A stretch of 64,000 bases of DNA from Octopus bimaculoides (taxonomy: Eukaryota): the NCBI RefSeq assembly GCF_001194135.2, contig NC_068985.1, forward strand, positions 801,046 through 865,045, written 5' to 3'. Shown in pieces: positions 36,304 through 49,264 of this stretch. Position 1 is the first letter of the stretch. Each line of letters starts with the position of its first letter. The position numbers and the translations under genes are program-made. Below the pieces are notes generated by a model that saw only the letters and a program-made list of their open reading frames with translations, had not been told where the DNA came from and searched no databases.

Positions 36304-37024
36304 TTATCTATCTATCAATCTTTATTTCTATACCGACACACACACATATGCATATATATATATGTATGTATGCACATGCATATATATGCATGTATATGCA
36401 TATATATGGATGTATGTGAGTGAGTGTGTACATATGTATGCATGTGAATGTGTGCATATGTGTGTGTATGTGTGCACTTGTGTGTGTAAGATATTAATGA
36501 TTATAACATCCATCTTAGCACGAGCAGTTGTCAAATTAGATGTTCTGTTTTGATGTAACTTATTGAATTAAGAGTTTTTATAGCTCACTTCTGATTTGAG
36601 TTGTGCTGACTATATTTATTTCAGAGTCTAGTTTTAGACTATTTTGGAGACTTGTTAGAAACTGCTTTACCACCAGAATGTGCCAAGCAATTAAGCTCTG
36701 AGACTTTGAGACGACAAGAGCATGAGCTAAAAATGATTTCGTCTGCATAGCTGAAGATAATATATTTTTCTATTTCATGCTATCCACAGGCGATCACAAT
36801 TTAAATTGGGAATAGTTATCTTTTAAGGCAGGTCCTCTCACAGTAACAAAGGAGACCATGTTGGTAAGAAGACTATCAACTATCAACCAGAAAACAATTT
36901 GTCCCATGAAATGCATTTTTTAGTTCTGCATTCTCAATAGACCTGTTGTATTCTTAATTTTTTTGAATCTTCTGATTGGAAAACTGGGTGAATTGGGAAT
37001 TAAGTAAAGACAAGTAAGATTCAG

Positions 37025-37260
37025 AAAATTACTATTTGTAAATCTCACAATGAGAGATATTCAGCAACAGTACTTTGGAGTAAAGATTGTTTGCCAACAT
37101 AACATGGCAGTCCTGGTTTAGGACAAATGTTGCTGTAATTTAGCCCCAGGAGACATTGTTTCCAGCTGGAGACGATGTCTCCTGGGGCTAAATTACAGCA
37201 ACGTTTGTCCTAAACCAGGACTGCCATGTTACGTTGGTAAAACAATCTTTACTCCAAAGG
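37025..37260. mobile_element. Loop-less 187-bp palindrome + 48-bp unique tail, 9-bp TSD; copy 1
   Basis: Arms 37073-37165 and 37166-37259 centred on TCCAG|CTGGA; tail 37025-37072; AAGATTCAG at 37016-37024 and 37261-37269. Confidence 0.9.
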
Positions 37261-37564
37261 AAGATTCAGTTTGTTTCTTTTGATGCTTGTTATTCCAGAT
37301 GTTATTCCTGCAACGTAAATGATATTGTGGCAAGATGAAGAGATGTTGAATAAACAGACCTTAGATCAAACACATCTCACTCACACCTATGTCAACATTT
37401 TCAGTTTTAATCTTTTTAGGACAACCTGGTACAACGTGGCCTTCACTTTTGAAGTTATTGTGATGTGATCTGAAAGAATTGGCTGCTATTTCTAACATGT
37501 TGAGTCACCATGGTCATGTGGTGAATTCTTCAGAAATTTTGGTGCACAAATGCTTTTAGTGATA

Positions 37565-37602
37565 GGTCCAACCCATGCCAGCATGGAAAACAGACGTTAG
37601 AC

Positions 37603-37639
<37 letters not shown>

Positions 37640-37650
37640 GTGATGATGAT
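37565..37650 (+). mobile_element. Family C 3' tail fragment
   Basis: GTCCAACCCATGCCAGCATGGAAAACAGACGTTAGACGATG(ATG)n. Confidence 0.8.
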
Positions 37651-40600
37651 ATGAAAGTTCACAGAAAGAAATTTTAATGCATTAATGACAAAAACTTGAT
37701 AGAGGACAAAATGCTCGTTAGCACCATCTTTTTCATTATTCTGAAGGCATAGTTTGTTGCCAAAGGTCTCTATCACTCGTCACTGCCTCTGTGAGGCCCA
37801 AAGTTGAAGGGTGCTTTTTACATGCCACCAGCACAGGTGCCAGACATGTGACACTGGCATCGGCCACTGGCATGACACAAACTAATGCAATTGTCCAATA
37901 AACAATAACATTAAAAGTATAAAAGATTAAATTATCGACAAGAAAATTCTATAACTACCCGACCAAGGAAAAATGAGGCAAGAATTAAGCTGTGGGAGAA
38001 GGCAGCAATACTTCACAGACATGATTGTAAAAGCATTGCCATGGAGAATGGTCAGTGACACCCACTACAACAGCCACCCCACCTCACTGGGCTCATTTCT
38101 CAGATGGGCCACAATTATCCTGATTTTGTGGAGGAAAACTGCAGTGTGGGGTTTGAGGTTGAAATTAAAATAGACAAGAATTGTTTACTTACATCACCTT
38201 ATTTCATTTCATTGTATTTTGCATTGAAAGCATTTTGGTGGCATTTACAATAACATCAGTCAAGAATGCGTGTTTTTAAAAAAATATTATTCCTTCAATC
38301 AGCAAATGTTTGAACAAAGAAGGCATTTCCAATCAGTAACACTTCTCTTTTGTAGAAATAACCTATCAAGAGGTACATTATCCAATGTGTCCTTCATTTT
38401 TAATATAGAAAAGGAATGATGTGAAGAAAATTTGACAACTATTACCACCACCGTCTTCTACCCCCTTTCTTGTCTACATTTCCTGTCACATCCTCGTTTT
38501 TGATCTCATTAAACTCAAATTTATCTTGACTTTCTCTTCATTTTTTTGATGTATTTCTACTTGATCTTTCTTCACATTATAACAAACGAGTAACAATTAT
38601 CAGCAACTCAATAGAATGTGTTTAATTGTTCCAAGATCTTCATCTCTCAGCCTTGACTTCCTTTGCCTCCAGCTTTCATCCTTTTCTTCCTCCAACTCCA
38701 CATTCTTTTTTCTTTCTATTGGGACATTTCATGTTGTTTTTTTTTATTTTTCCATCAAAATTCTCTAAAATAAGGAAATGTCACTTTTAACAGGAAACTT
38801 AAATTTCATTGATTTTACCCAACTCCCTATCTTCTGTGGGAAAATGATCTTATTTTCAGTTTGCACTAAACAATGCTACTGAGATGGATGAGGTTCTGCA
38901 GTCTCCTGCACTATAGTTACCTATTAATTATGCTACCTGAAACATCTGGCACTTCTCATGGTAGAAACTAAGGAAATTAACATGGCAGTGAATTAAATGC
39001 AATTTTATTGAAATTACAGTAAAACTTGTTGATAAATCTTGTTTTATTTTCTTTCTATCTTAGAGAGAAATACACATAGAAGCTGTTTTATGCTCTGACT
39101 CATGAAGCAGAAAAATATGATTAACCATATGTAAAGTCGGGAAGCTCCAGTTCTAATCCTTTGACCCTTAAAGTTTGCTTCAAGGATTTGCAAAGATTGG
39201 CAAGGAGTAAACATGTATTTCGAGGTGAGAGTAGAGTCTCTGAGATACAGAAACATCCTGTTTAGAAAGCTCAGGTGCAAAATAACTTCAGGTCCATGAT
39301 GCATGGCAAAAAGACAACTGTTTCAAATTTGGGGAAAGATGGACATTTAAAGAATCCCAGACTTGAAAAATAAAATCAGGAACAAGCAAATGGGGAAAAT
39401 ATTGCTGTAAACAAAAATTTGAAGAAATAAAAGCTTTAGATTTTGGTTTATTACCTGGTTTCTAATGGCATTCTATAGGTTTATTGCGCAATTTGTCCAC
39501 TTGAGAAAAATAGCCTTTTACCTCATGTTTGTAACATGTGGCACTCCTTGCTGAACAGCTTTTGTAGTCATGTCTAGACTTCATGTAAAAAGTGACACAT
39601 CTAAGAAGCAGTAATTGAAGTAGTTTCCTCTCCATGTTCTCCTTTGCAGCTTTTGTCAGAGATATCATGATTATATATCTGAGTTAAATGCTCTGGTGTA
39701 TGATGCAGTTGTTTCAGAGTCTAACATTTTGTTTTCAAGTAGTTAGAACTTTCTACCTGTCAACATTATCTCAGAAATAAATGTATCTATTATGGAATTT
39801 TTCATATACTGTTTAGACAATACTGCTTTGAATTAGTTGGAAAGTTTTAAAACTTGAAGAAAATGGACCAGGGTTCCTGTTGGCAGCCAGTTAGGAGTAA
39901 ATTATGTCTTGCACAAATTTCATTCCCTGGTTTAATGTAATTATCCAATTTATTGCTCTCTTGTAATTGCCCTAATTTGGGATAAATTCTAATATTCCAT
40001 GAGATATGAAATTTGGTGGAATACTGGCAAGAAAATTGTCAAACATACCAAACCAGTGTTTGAATTTCAAAGAGGCAGATGCTGACTAAGAAAGAATTCA
40101 TTCAGCCTTTTGAGATGCAGAACTCAGTGAATATTCGAATCACTGAATAGGCTGTTCATAAAAGTATTGATAAAAGATCTGTACACCAAAGACATTATTC
40201 CATGAATAATGCTACAACTGAACATCTTGGTTTAGATAAGGGAACTCATCCATTATGTGTTATATTATTTATTTAAGTTACATAACATTACATCAAATAA
40301 TAAACAACTTCATTTTTTCAAGTAATGTGGAATGTTTCAGTCATGTGATGTATAAACAAGTTAACCAAGTGAAGAACATCTCTCTCATGGCTATTGACTA
40401 CAATCAGGAATTGTAGGTTAAAGAACTATTCAAATGCACAGAAGCTGATCCTATTTTGCAAACACCTGGCTTGCTTCACCATTATTCCAGTCAGAGATTG
40501 ACTGGAATAGGTATGACCACTTCTACCCGTCATCAAAATCATGTCAAAAACCCTGATAGAGTAACCAGTGATATGGTGACCAAATGGAGAGATATTGAAC

Positions 40601-41436
40601 TAAGTACCCACAGGTCATCAACTAAAACTCTGCTCTGGTGTTTGACAGAACTCTTTATTTTACAATCTCTTAGTCTAAGTAGTTGCAGGTCACCTGGGAA
40701 TGTTACCTTAATAGAGTGGAATCCTATCCCAGGAGAGAGGGAAAGAGAGAGTGTTATCTCACTTCTGCTTAAAGCTATAACACCAGAAATAATCATCATC
40801 TCTTAAAAGCTTCTTGTGGTGGGGTCTTGGAAAGCTTTTAGATATTTGATATTTATTTAAGTGTAGTTATTTGAATCAATAATTCATACTCTCTCACTGA
40901 AGCTGTGCTGTGATCATAGCTAAGGCACTTAAGAATCATTACCTCACATCACTAAACTGTAAACAGATATCATCTTGTTCAGCATTGCGAGTAGCAACAA
41001 CACTATATAATTAATTGTTTCAATATCTTTCAGTGTTGTATTTAAATTCTGCTATAAAAGAGATCCCTGATAGACATTTCCATCAAACCAATTTTACACC
41101 CATCATACTAGAGAAAAAAAATTTGAAAGGATTAAATCGGAAAGTGAAAAAAAAAAAAAATTATGAAAATGTCACTTAAACCTTAGGAGGGTTTTACCTG
41201 CTGGTTTTTAGCTTCAGTCAATAAATAAGTCTCCCCTGCTCCGGGATAGGATGCCAGTCTATTGTGCACAACTTATTGACAATACAACATTTGTTGTATT
41301 GATTCTATTCAAATAAAAAAAATAAAAATAAAAAAAGTCAAGAATACCACTATTTCTCCAATTACTCCTCATTGCAAATCTTAATGTTTTTTCTTCCTCT
41401 TTTTCTCATCTTCATTTCTTTTTCTTTCAGCCCGTC

Positions 41437-41565
41437 TTCTTCTTCTTCTTCTTCTTCTTCTTCTTCTTCTTCTTCTTCTTCTTCTTCTTCTTCTTCTTCT
41501 TCTTCTTCTTCTTCTTCTTCTTCTTCTTCTTCTTCTTCTTCTTCTTCTTCTTCTTCTTCCTCATC
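41437..41565. repeat. (TCT)n microsatellite within a pyrimidine tract (41380-41810)
   Basis: Direct reading; source of the poly-S ORF 41372-41818. Confidence 0.97.
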
Positions 41566-42180
41566 TTCCTCAGTTCCTCTTCCTTTTCCTTTCCTCTTCT
41601 GCCTCCCTAATCTTCCTTTACCTCTTTCTCTTACTCTATTTTTTCTTCAACAACAACTCTTCCTCCCCCTCTCTTTCTCATTCACTTTCGTTCCCTTCTC
41701 TCTTTCTTTCTGTCTCTCACTTTCTCTCCTACTTCTTTCTATGTTTTCTTCTCCCCCCTCTCTCTCTCTGTTATTATCTCCCCAACCTCTCTCTCTCTCT
41801 CTGCATTTGCCATTTTGATTTACTATTAAATTCTGACATGTTTTTTTTTTTAAAAACTACAAAAACAATGGCAAACGCAAAACAAAAGTAAAACCACAGT
41901 GTCTACAACAACAGCACCACCACCACCTTAACAAAAAAGATAAAACTATAGCAACAACACCACCAACAAGAAGTATAATTCTAATTCCTGCCAATGATGC
42001 CATCATATCTAGCAAGAAGTCACCATGTGACTACCAACATTTTTGCCTCTAATACAAGACAATGCAACAGGTAACATTTACAATGGCAGAAACTAATTCA
42101 TATTTAATTATTCTATTTCAATCAATCCATTGAGATATAGTTTGATATTTAGAAGAATTATGCTAATGCCATGACAAACA

Positions 42181-42181
<1 letters not shown>

Positions 42182-42242
<61 letters not shown>

Positions 42243-42278
42243 TGATGATGATGATAATAGTAGTAGTAGTAATAATAA
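42182..42278. repeat. (AAT)n/(GAT)n/(TAG)n microsatellite
   Basis: Direct reading. Confidence 0.95.
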
Positions 42279-42904
42279 CAGCTTCAACTGTTGGCACTAT
42301 ACAACATGAACAAAACTTCAAAATAATTTAGTCTCCTGTGCATTAAGATAAGAAAATACGGTGAGAATTAACGAGTTCCATAAATATATAGTAAATTTGT
42401 GCCTCTGTGTGTGCGTGCATGCATGTGTTTGTGTGTGTGTGTGTGTGTGTGTGCATGGGTGTATTTTACTTATTATATGTGTATGTGCTGTGTGTGTATA
42501 AGTGTACATGTGTATCTGTAAATTCTTGTGGATAGATAAAGAGAGTGAGGTAGTTGAGCGTGTATGTGATAGGATTATTAAGCTTAGACTAGTCTTAGAA
42601 AATGCTGCAGCAACCTTTATCTCAGCATTTTCTCCACAAACTGGATTGTCAGATGGACAGAAGGACTGATTCTAGAAAGACTTTCAGTAAATGACCATAA
42701 ACTTGTCATCATTTCAAAAGTCAATTTGGCAGCAACTTTGATGGGTTCTGCAGAGTAAAAGGCGGCTATGGCTTTGATACAAGAAATGAGCAGCAAAAAA
42801 AAGCTGATGGAGTCTTCTGATGCGAATGACTTGTTGATCTGCAACTCTAACTGGTGCTCTGTCGGTTATGAGGACAAATGTTCCAGTTGATCGGATCACC
42901 AGAA

Positions 42905-43126
42905 CAGCCGACTCATGGAATTAACATGCAAAGGGATAAGTACTCCATAGACACGAATATCCTTAATGTAGTTCTTTAGGAGATTCAGAATGTGACAAAG
43001 CTGGCCCCCTTTGAATTACAGGTACAACTCATTTTTGCGAGCTGATTAGATTGGAGCAATGCAAAATAAAGTGTCTTGCTCAAGGACACAACATGCTGCT
43101 AGGGATTGAACTCACAACCTTACACT
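42905..43126 (-). mobile_element. tRNA-SINE family D
   Basis: Minus strand GGTTGTGAGTTCAATCCC (B-box) followed by GTTGTGTCCTTGAGCAAGACACTTTATTT. Confidence 0.7.
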
Positions 43127-43635
43127 CATGAGCATCTAAATCCCCTAATCCCTACTGTGACAATCATGAGCATCTAAATCCCCTAATCCCTACTGTGACA
43201 ATCATGAGCATCTAAATCCCCTAATCCCTACTGTGACAATCATGAGCAGCTAAATCCCCTAATCCTTACTATGACAATCATGAGCAGCTAAATCTCCTAA
43301 TCCTTACTATGACAATCATGAGCAGCTAAATCCCCTAATCCTTACTATGACAATCATGAGCAGCTAAATCCCCTAATCCTTACTATGACAATCATGAGCA
43401 GCTAAATCCCTNNNNNNNNNNNNNNNNNNNNNNNNNNNNNNNNNNNNNNNNNNNNNNNNNNNNNNNNNNNCCTAATCCTTACTATGACAATCATGAGCAG
43501 CTAAATCCCCTAATCCTTACTATGACAATCATGAGCAGCTAAATCCCCTAATCCTTACTATGACAATCATGAGCAGCTAAATCCCCTAATCCTTACTATG
43601 ACAATCATGAGCAGCTAAATCCCTTAATCCTTACT
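43127..43635. repeat. 38-bp minisatellite, at least 12 units, spanning a 59-N gap
   Basis: Unit CATGAGCAGCTAAATCCCCTAATCCTTACTATGACAAT at 43127, 43165, 43203, 43241, 43279, 43317, 43355, 43393, [gap], 43492, 43530, 43568 and 43606. Confidence 0.97.
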
Positions 43636-44211
43636 GCAGGTGCTTTCTGCAACTGTGACCACAGGAAAATGGGCAGCAACCAGATCTCGTCTCAACTGAG
43701 TGGAAGTGAAAGGCTAGACTGACCACATTCTCACCAGAGAGCAGAACAGACAAATGTTTATGAATTTATGAATACAAAGTGAGCCCTATGCTGAAGAATG
43801 TACAATCCAACATAGGCTGGTGGTTAGTGACATCCAACTTAAAGCTAGAAGCCCTGGATAAGGAAAACACAAGCATAAAGGTTGATTGAACAGTCAGAAA
43901 TAATTGGAGCTTTTGATGAAAGAAAGGAGGGGATATCTTATGGGACAACCTAGTGTGACCAAATCTGTGCCTGGTGCGAAATGGAAGGTGATATGATGAG
44001 GGCACAAAGAAAATACATGGGGGCCATAAAAGCAAAGAAACATGTTTGGAGAAACTTCTATATGTTGAAGCAAAACCTGAAATCAAAGGTCCTTAAAGTT
44101 AATATAACAAAGATTAAAAATGTTGTTAGTAGAAAAATGACCATAAGTGAAATAACCATTGTTTGATATGTAGAAAAGGGGAAGGAAAATGCAACATACA
44201 AGCTTCAAATT

Positions 44212-44242
<31 letters not shown>

Positions 44243-44339
44243 AGCAGCTTTCTCATATAAAAGAAGCAAAGCCCTTGCTAGAAAGAATCATTGAGATGAT
44301 CTTCTCGGACTTCGTTCTTTCTCTCTCTTTCAAACTTTA

Positions 44340-44860
44340 AGTGACCACTGTGCACTCTTTTCCTCCATCTACAACAAACCTGATAGATTCTCTCTTCAAT
44401 CGAATTCCAGCTTCCATCACAGGACAAATGACTTATCTCACACACAAACTCACTGTGTGCTGATGGTATCTTAGATCTATTGATCCGTTTTGGTAACTTG
44501 ATACTGTTTGCTCTAACCTTAGGCTCGACAACCAAGTTCATCTTGGCATGCAAAAGCCTATGATCCATCTGGCACTCTGCACTGCACATAACTTGCACAA
44601 TAGCAAAGTCCCAGATGTCACACTTCTTCGTGGGGTTACAATCTGTAAGATGCCATTTCTTTGATCCAGGGTGCATCCATGTCGTTTTATATTTATTTTT
44701 TAGTTGACACTGGATAATCTCTATAAGTAACAGAGAGGAGGCAAGTTTATCATCTTTGGATGGATTCATAGTTAGAACATATGCACTTGTGAGTGTTGCA
44801 TGGTGACCCTTTGTTAATGGAACTCTAAAAGACATCAAGTGATCAGAATGACCATTTGAC
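44340..44860 (-). pseudogene. RTE-BovB-like APE endonuclease fragment
   Basis: ORF 44278-44838: VPLTKGHHATLTSAYVLTM, KTTWMHPGSKKWHLTD (KTTWMHPRSKHWHLID motif) and AECQMDHRLLHAKMNL. Confidence 0.85.
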
Positions 44861-45034
44861 AGTTCCTCAAGTTTTGAAACCAGAGTAGCTTTAATTGCAT
44901 ATCCTATTCCTGATTCTCTCTTAAATGTCTCATCTCAACCATTCCAAAATAAATGAATTCTTGCCTCGGCTAATGTACAATCCAACATAGGTTTGTGGTT
45001 AGTGACATCTGATTTAAAGATAGAAGGGCCTGGA

Positions 45035-45312
45035 TAAGGAAGACACAAAAACAAAAAGTATTGGGGCATGGCTGGGAGGTTTTGCTGTCTCCTTCATATT
45101 CACCTGATCTTGCACTTCCAGATTTCCACCTGTTCCAGTCTCTTTGAAATTCATTGAATGGACAGAACTTCAACACTGAAGAGGATGTGAAAATTTAACT
45201 GGAAGAGATTTTTGGTAGCAAAGACTGGAATTTCTTAAAGCAGAGAATAATGGATCAACCTACAACTTGGTAGAAGATAGTGGACCAAAACGGTAATTAT
45301 ATCAAAGACTGA
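45035..45312 (+). pseudogene. Mariner transposase C-terminal fragment
   Basis: GWEVLLSPSYSPDLALPDFHLFQSL*NSLNGQNF...W*KIVDQNGNYIKD* matches the mariner pattern WEVLxHPPYSPDLAPSDFHLF...WxKxVxxNGxY. Confidence 0.9.
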
Positions 45313-45419
45313 AGAAATCACTTTGTGTTTAAAACTTGTATTATTTTTGTTTTAAAACCAAATGGACTTTTTGACCAAGCCAATATAGATATACAAATAC
45401 ATGGACACATTCACACAAA

Positions 45420-45432
45420 CACACAGACACAG

Positions 45433-45464
<32 letters not shown>

Positions 45465-45471
45465 ACACACA

Positions 45472-45535
<64 letters not shown>
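45420..45535. repeat. (CA)n microsatellite
   Basis: Direct reading. Confidence 0.97.
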
Positions 45536-45537
<2 letters not shown>

Positions 45538-45811
45538 CATGTGTGTAAATCACTCAGGATTATGAGTTTAAGCATTTTGCATCAGAACAATGTGGTTCTG
45601 TGTTCAGTACTACAATGATTCCATGAAGTGTTTTGTGCTGTTGCTTGGAGCTGACCAAAATATTTTGAGTGAATTTTGAAAGGGAGAATCTATACCAATT
45701 CTTTTGTATAAATCTATATGTGCCCTTTGTCTACATCCAATAGTGTGTTTTGCACAACAATAGCAATAACAAAATTTACAGCTCTGTCTAAATCATAACT
45801 TAACCAATAGT

Positions 45812-46040
45812 TTAACCCATTAGCATTCAAACCGGCTTTATCTGGCCTAAATATTCTTCCTATTTTATGTTCAAACCAGTCAGATCTAACCTCTTGCACT
45901 CACCCTACAATGTCATCCTAAAAATAAACAATCACATCATTGAAATCTTGACGCTAATGAGATAATGCATAATTAATTCAAAACAATGTGAATAAATAAG
46001 CATTACATTTGACAGACTAATCTGAACGTTAAATGGTGAA
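45812..46040. mobile_element. piggyBac-like MITE (TTAA-CCC.. ends), decayed
   Basis: Left end TTAACCCATTAGCATTCA; right end TGAACGTTAAATGGTGAA, about 13/18 inverted match. Confidence 0.6.
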
Positions 46041-46471
46041 AGAAATAAATACCAAAATAGAATAATAAAAAAATAAAATTTGGATTTGTTATTGACAACT
46101 TCTGAATATGGTGCTCCAGCATGGCTAGTGTTCAGAAACTAATCAGACAAAAAAAAAAAACGTATGAAATGTTTCTGTCCTTGTTCTTTCTTCCTTCAGT
46201 GAAGGAGTCAATTGCTTTTGCCATTGAAGAATCTGATATGTTGTTCCATCCAATATTTTCCTGACTTTGAACCTTCAACACCAACACCTCTCTCCCCATC
46301 CTCAAAGATCTGCTGCTTCATAGGCAAAATCTAAACTAAGACCACAAGCTGCCAGAATAAATATCATAAGGCATTCTCTCTGGGACCTTAATGAATTTGT
46401 CAGTTTGATACCTTAAAGGAACAAAAGGAAATATCTCTCTCTCTCTCTCTCTCTCTCACTCTCTCTATCTT

Positions 46472-46503
<32 letters not shown>

Positions 46504-49193
46504 NNNNNNNNNNNNNNNNNNNNNNNNNNNNNNNNNNNNNNNNNNNNNNNNNNNNNNNNNNNNNNNNNNNNNNNNNNNNNNNNNNNNNNNNNNNNNNNNN
46601 NNNNNNNNNNNNNNNNNNNNNNNNNNNNNNNNNNNNNNNNNNNNNNNNNNNNNNNNNNNNNNNNNNNNNNNNNNNNNNNNNNNNNNNNNNNNNNNNNNNN
46701 NNTATATATATACATACATATAAATATACACACCTACATACTCATAAACATATACTTATATCCATACACAACCTCTCATTTTGTTTTTTCTCTCTTTCTT
46801 TAAATATATATCTATATTATATATGTGTGTGTGTGTGTGTGTGTTTGATATCTATATTCTGATAATGTAGAGTTAGGTGTATATACACTACAAACAGTTT
46901 TTAACACCTGTAGAAACTTGGTATAAAATTAACAGCTCAAGGTATGAGTCATCAACTCAGTTGATGTCGTTGGCTTGATTTTTTTCTTTTCTGTTTTGTC
47001 TTGTTTATGTCAAAAATAAAAAGCAGAGGTGTGATAATATATGAATGTTGAAAGCTATAGATCTTGGTGAGAAATTCTGTGCTATTAAACTTGATCAAAG
47101 GAAGTAATTATATAGCTGTTTTAAACATTAAGAGAAGATTGAGTGCTTTTGTCCTTTAGGGCCAGACAAAATGTGGGATTACATCTTTGTTAGGATGGAA
47201 GCGAAAAACATTAGAAAAAAAAACCAAAAACTAAGAATGAAAATAAACAAGAAATGAAAGAAAAAAGAAAACATGAATAAAATTATAGCGTGTAAATGAA
47301 ATGGGTTTGTTTTCTGTAGCTGAGCAAGTTTTCTGTTAAGAGCAAAGAGGAGATTATGATAAAAGTTTACTTTATATACTTTGGTTGTGTATGTAAAGCA
47401 TTCACAATATTGTTTCCTCTTAACTTGTTTTCCTAAAAGGAATTCAGCAAAGCAAATATTGCTTGATAATTTTTGAATATATAAACATCAAAAAGATTTT
47501 ATATCGTGGAACAGAAAATGGCTGAGTCAGAAAATATATATATCTTACCTTTGCATCTTATTTCCCTTTTCTACCTTGAATCAGAGACAATTCTTGTTCG
47601 TCGAGACCTAACATAGGAGTGAAAGAATTTTGGTGCAGTTTTTATACATCATTTCCAAAGCACTTTAGAAATAAGAAATATTGTGGGGCTAAACGAATAT
47701 GCTGCAACACAAAGCAGGAAAATAAAGGTTAATATATTTCAAGGGGACAGAATTAAATAATTAATGCAGAGAATGGAAATAATGAGGGTGAATGCTCAAA
47801 GGGGACAATAAAGAATGAGGTAGATGCTAAGAGAAGAGAGGAAATATGGAGTGCTTGCATAGAAAATGGATGAAATATGGGAAACAAGCTTTTAGGAGAG
47901 AGGAAGTATGGCATATACACTTTCACTAAAATAGAAAATATGCTCTTTTATTGGATTTTGATATCTTCAGAATCAGGATTTTGCTTTGCACTTATGTGTC
48001 TTTTTTCCCCCGAAGGCACAACAAAAAATTTACATGGTTTTGTAATAAATAGAAAAGACTGTTTCGTGTAAATCCATTTAATTCTTATATTTTCAACTTG
48101 GAATTGAACAATGTTTTGGATGTCCTCCTTCTATTGGTGATGGAATTTGACTTCAGTCTCATTAACTGACCGATTCCTTAAAGGTTCAATGAACTCTTCT
48201 TCTATCTCTTTACCATTTCCAATCAGAAACTGTATGTGACCAGATCTCAAATCAATCTAAGATAACCCATTCATAATAAAAAGGAAATGGTCTCATATGG
48301 AATGTTGACTGAAGAATTTAATTTCATGTTAAGTTTGGACACTGTAAACTGAAGCCAAATTGTTGTTGCTGGTCAGTCTATGATAGTCTTACATTATAAT
48401 ATTAATCTCTATTGCATTCTCTATTGATGAGTGTTTCATTGGTTTTCAGTTTTATTTTATTTACTAGAACCTAAGCTGGATCTTTAGATTTACTTCTGCT
48501 CCATTCTGTGCAATATCAAAAAGATGTTAACTGACCAAGAGAAAATAATTAAAAAGCAAGATTCAGAACTTCCCAAAGGCGAAAGCATATAGTAAGCTTT
48601 ACTTATGATGCTCCAAATTGACATCTCTTAATTTGAAAGGCTAACCGTCTTAGTTTTCATGAGGGTGATATTAACATGAAAACATTAGATTCAGATCCTG
48701 TTCTTTAAGGAAGGAGTCACTTGGTTTATGTTTTGCGTTTGTCTCATAACGCTTAATGAAATAGTTTCCTAAATTTGATGAAAGGCCCTGCTTGAATCAT
48801 TGCATCTTTCTTCTTCTTCACAGTAAAGAAATAGATCTAAAAACGCTATTCTAATGGAGTCAGCATCCCTATATATGGTCATGACTCATCTTATTTGTAG
48901 TGAGCCATGAGAATCGTTAAGACAGGATATTTTTTTTTTTGATTTAATGTCTCATTCTAAAGACGTTGAAAATGAGAGATGTCAACTGTTGCAACTGGTT
49001 ACTTTTATATGGGGTTAGTCTACGAAAGAGAATTAATGCCATGGCCTTTGTAAATCCACCTGGGTTGGGTCAATTTGTTGCTATTTAGTTTGAATATTCA
49101 TTGTTTGATATCAATAGAAAGAAAAGTGAGAAGCAATGGAATGCAAAGACAAGTAATTTAACTTGGAGGTTCTCATGCCAAATACAACAATAT

Positions 49194-49264
<71 letters not shown>

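Larger units (their letters stand above)
42610..44110 (+). pseudogene. Fragmented RTE LINE (APE endonuclease plus RT scraps), interrupted by SINE D and a minisatellite
   Basis: ISAFSPQTGLSDGQKD and GFCRVKGGYGFDTRNE at 42620-42800 (YAPQ/GGYG endonuclease motifs); ECTIQHRLVVSD at 43796-43831; KQNLKSKVLKVNITK (like ESKGLRVNLAK) at ~44070-44110. Confidence 0.65.

Noticed and set aside
43127-43635. CRISPR-like array
   Set aside because: The units are contiguous with no unique spacers, the context is eukaryotic and there are no cas genes; it is a minisatellite.
48488-48586. Plus-strand TTAG|IYFCSILCNIKKMLTDQEKIIKKQDSELPKGESI|GTAAGC candidate exon
   Set aside because: Weak acceptor, no recognisable homology and no compatible neighbouring exon; not distinguishable from chance.
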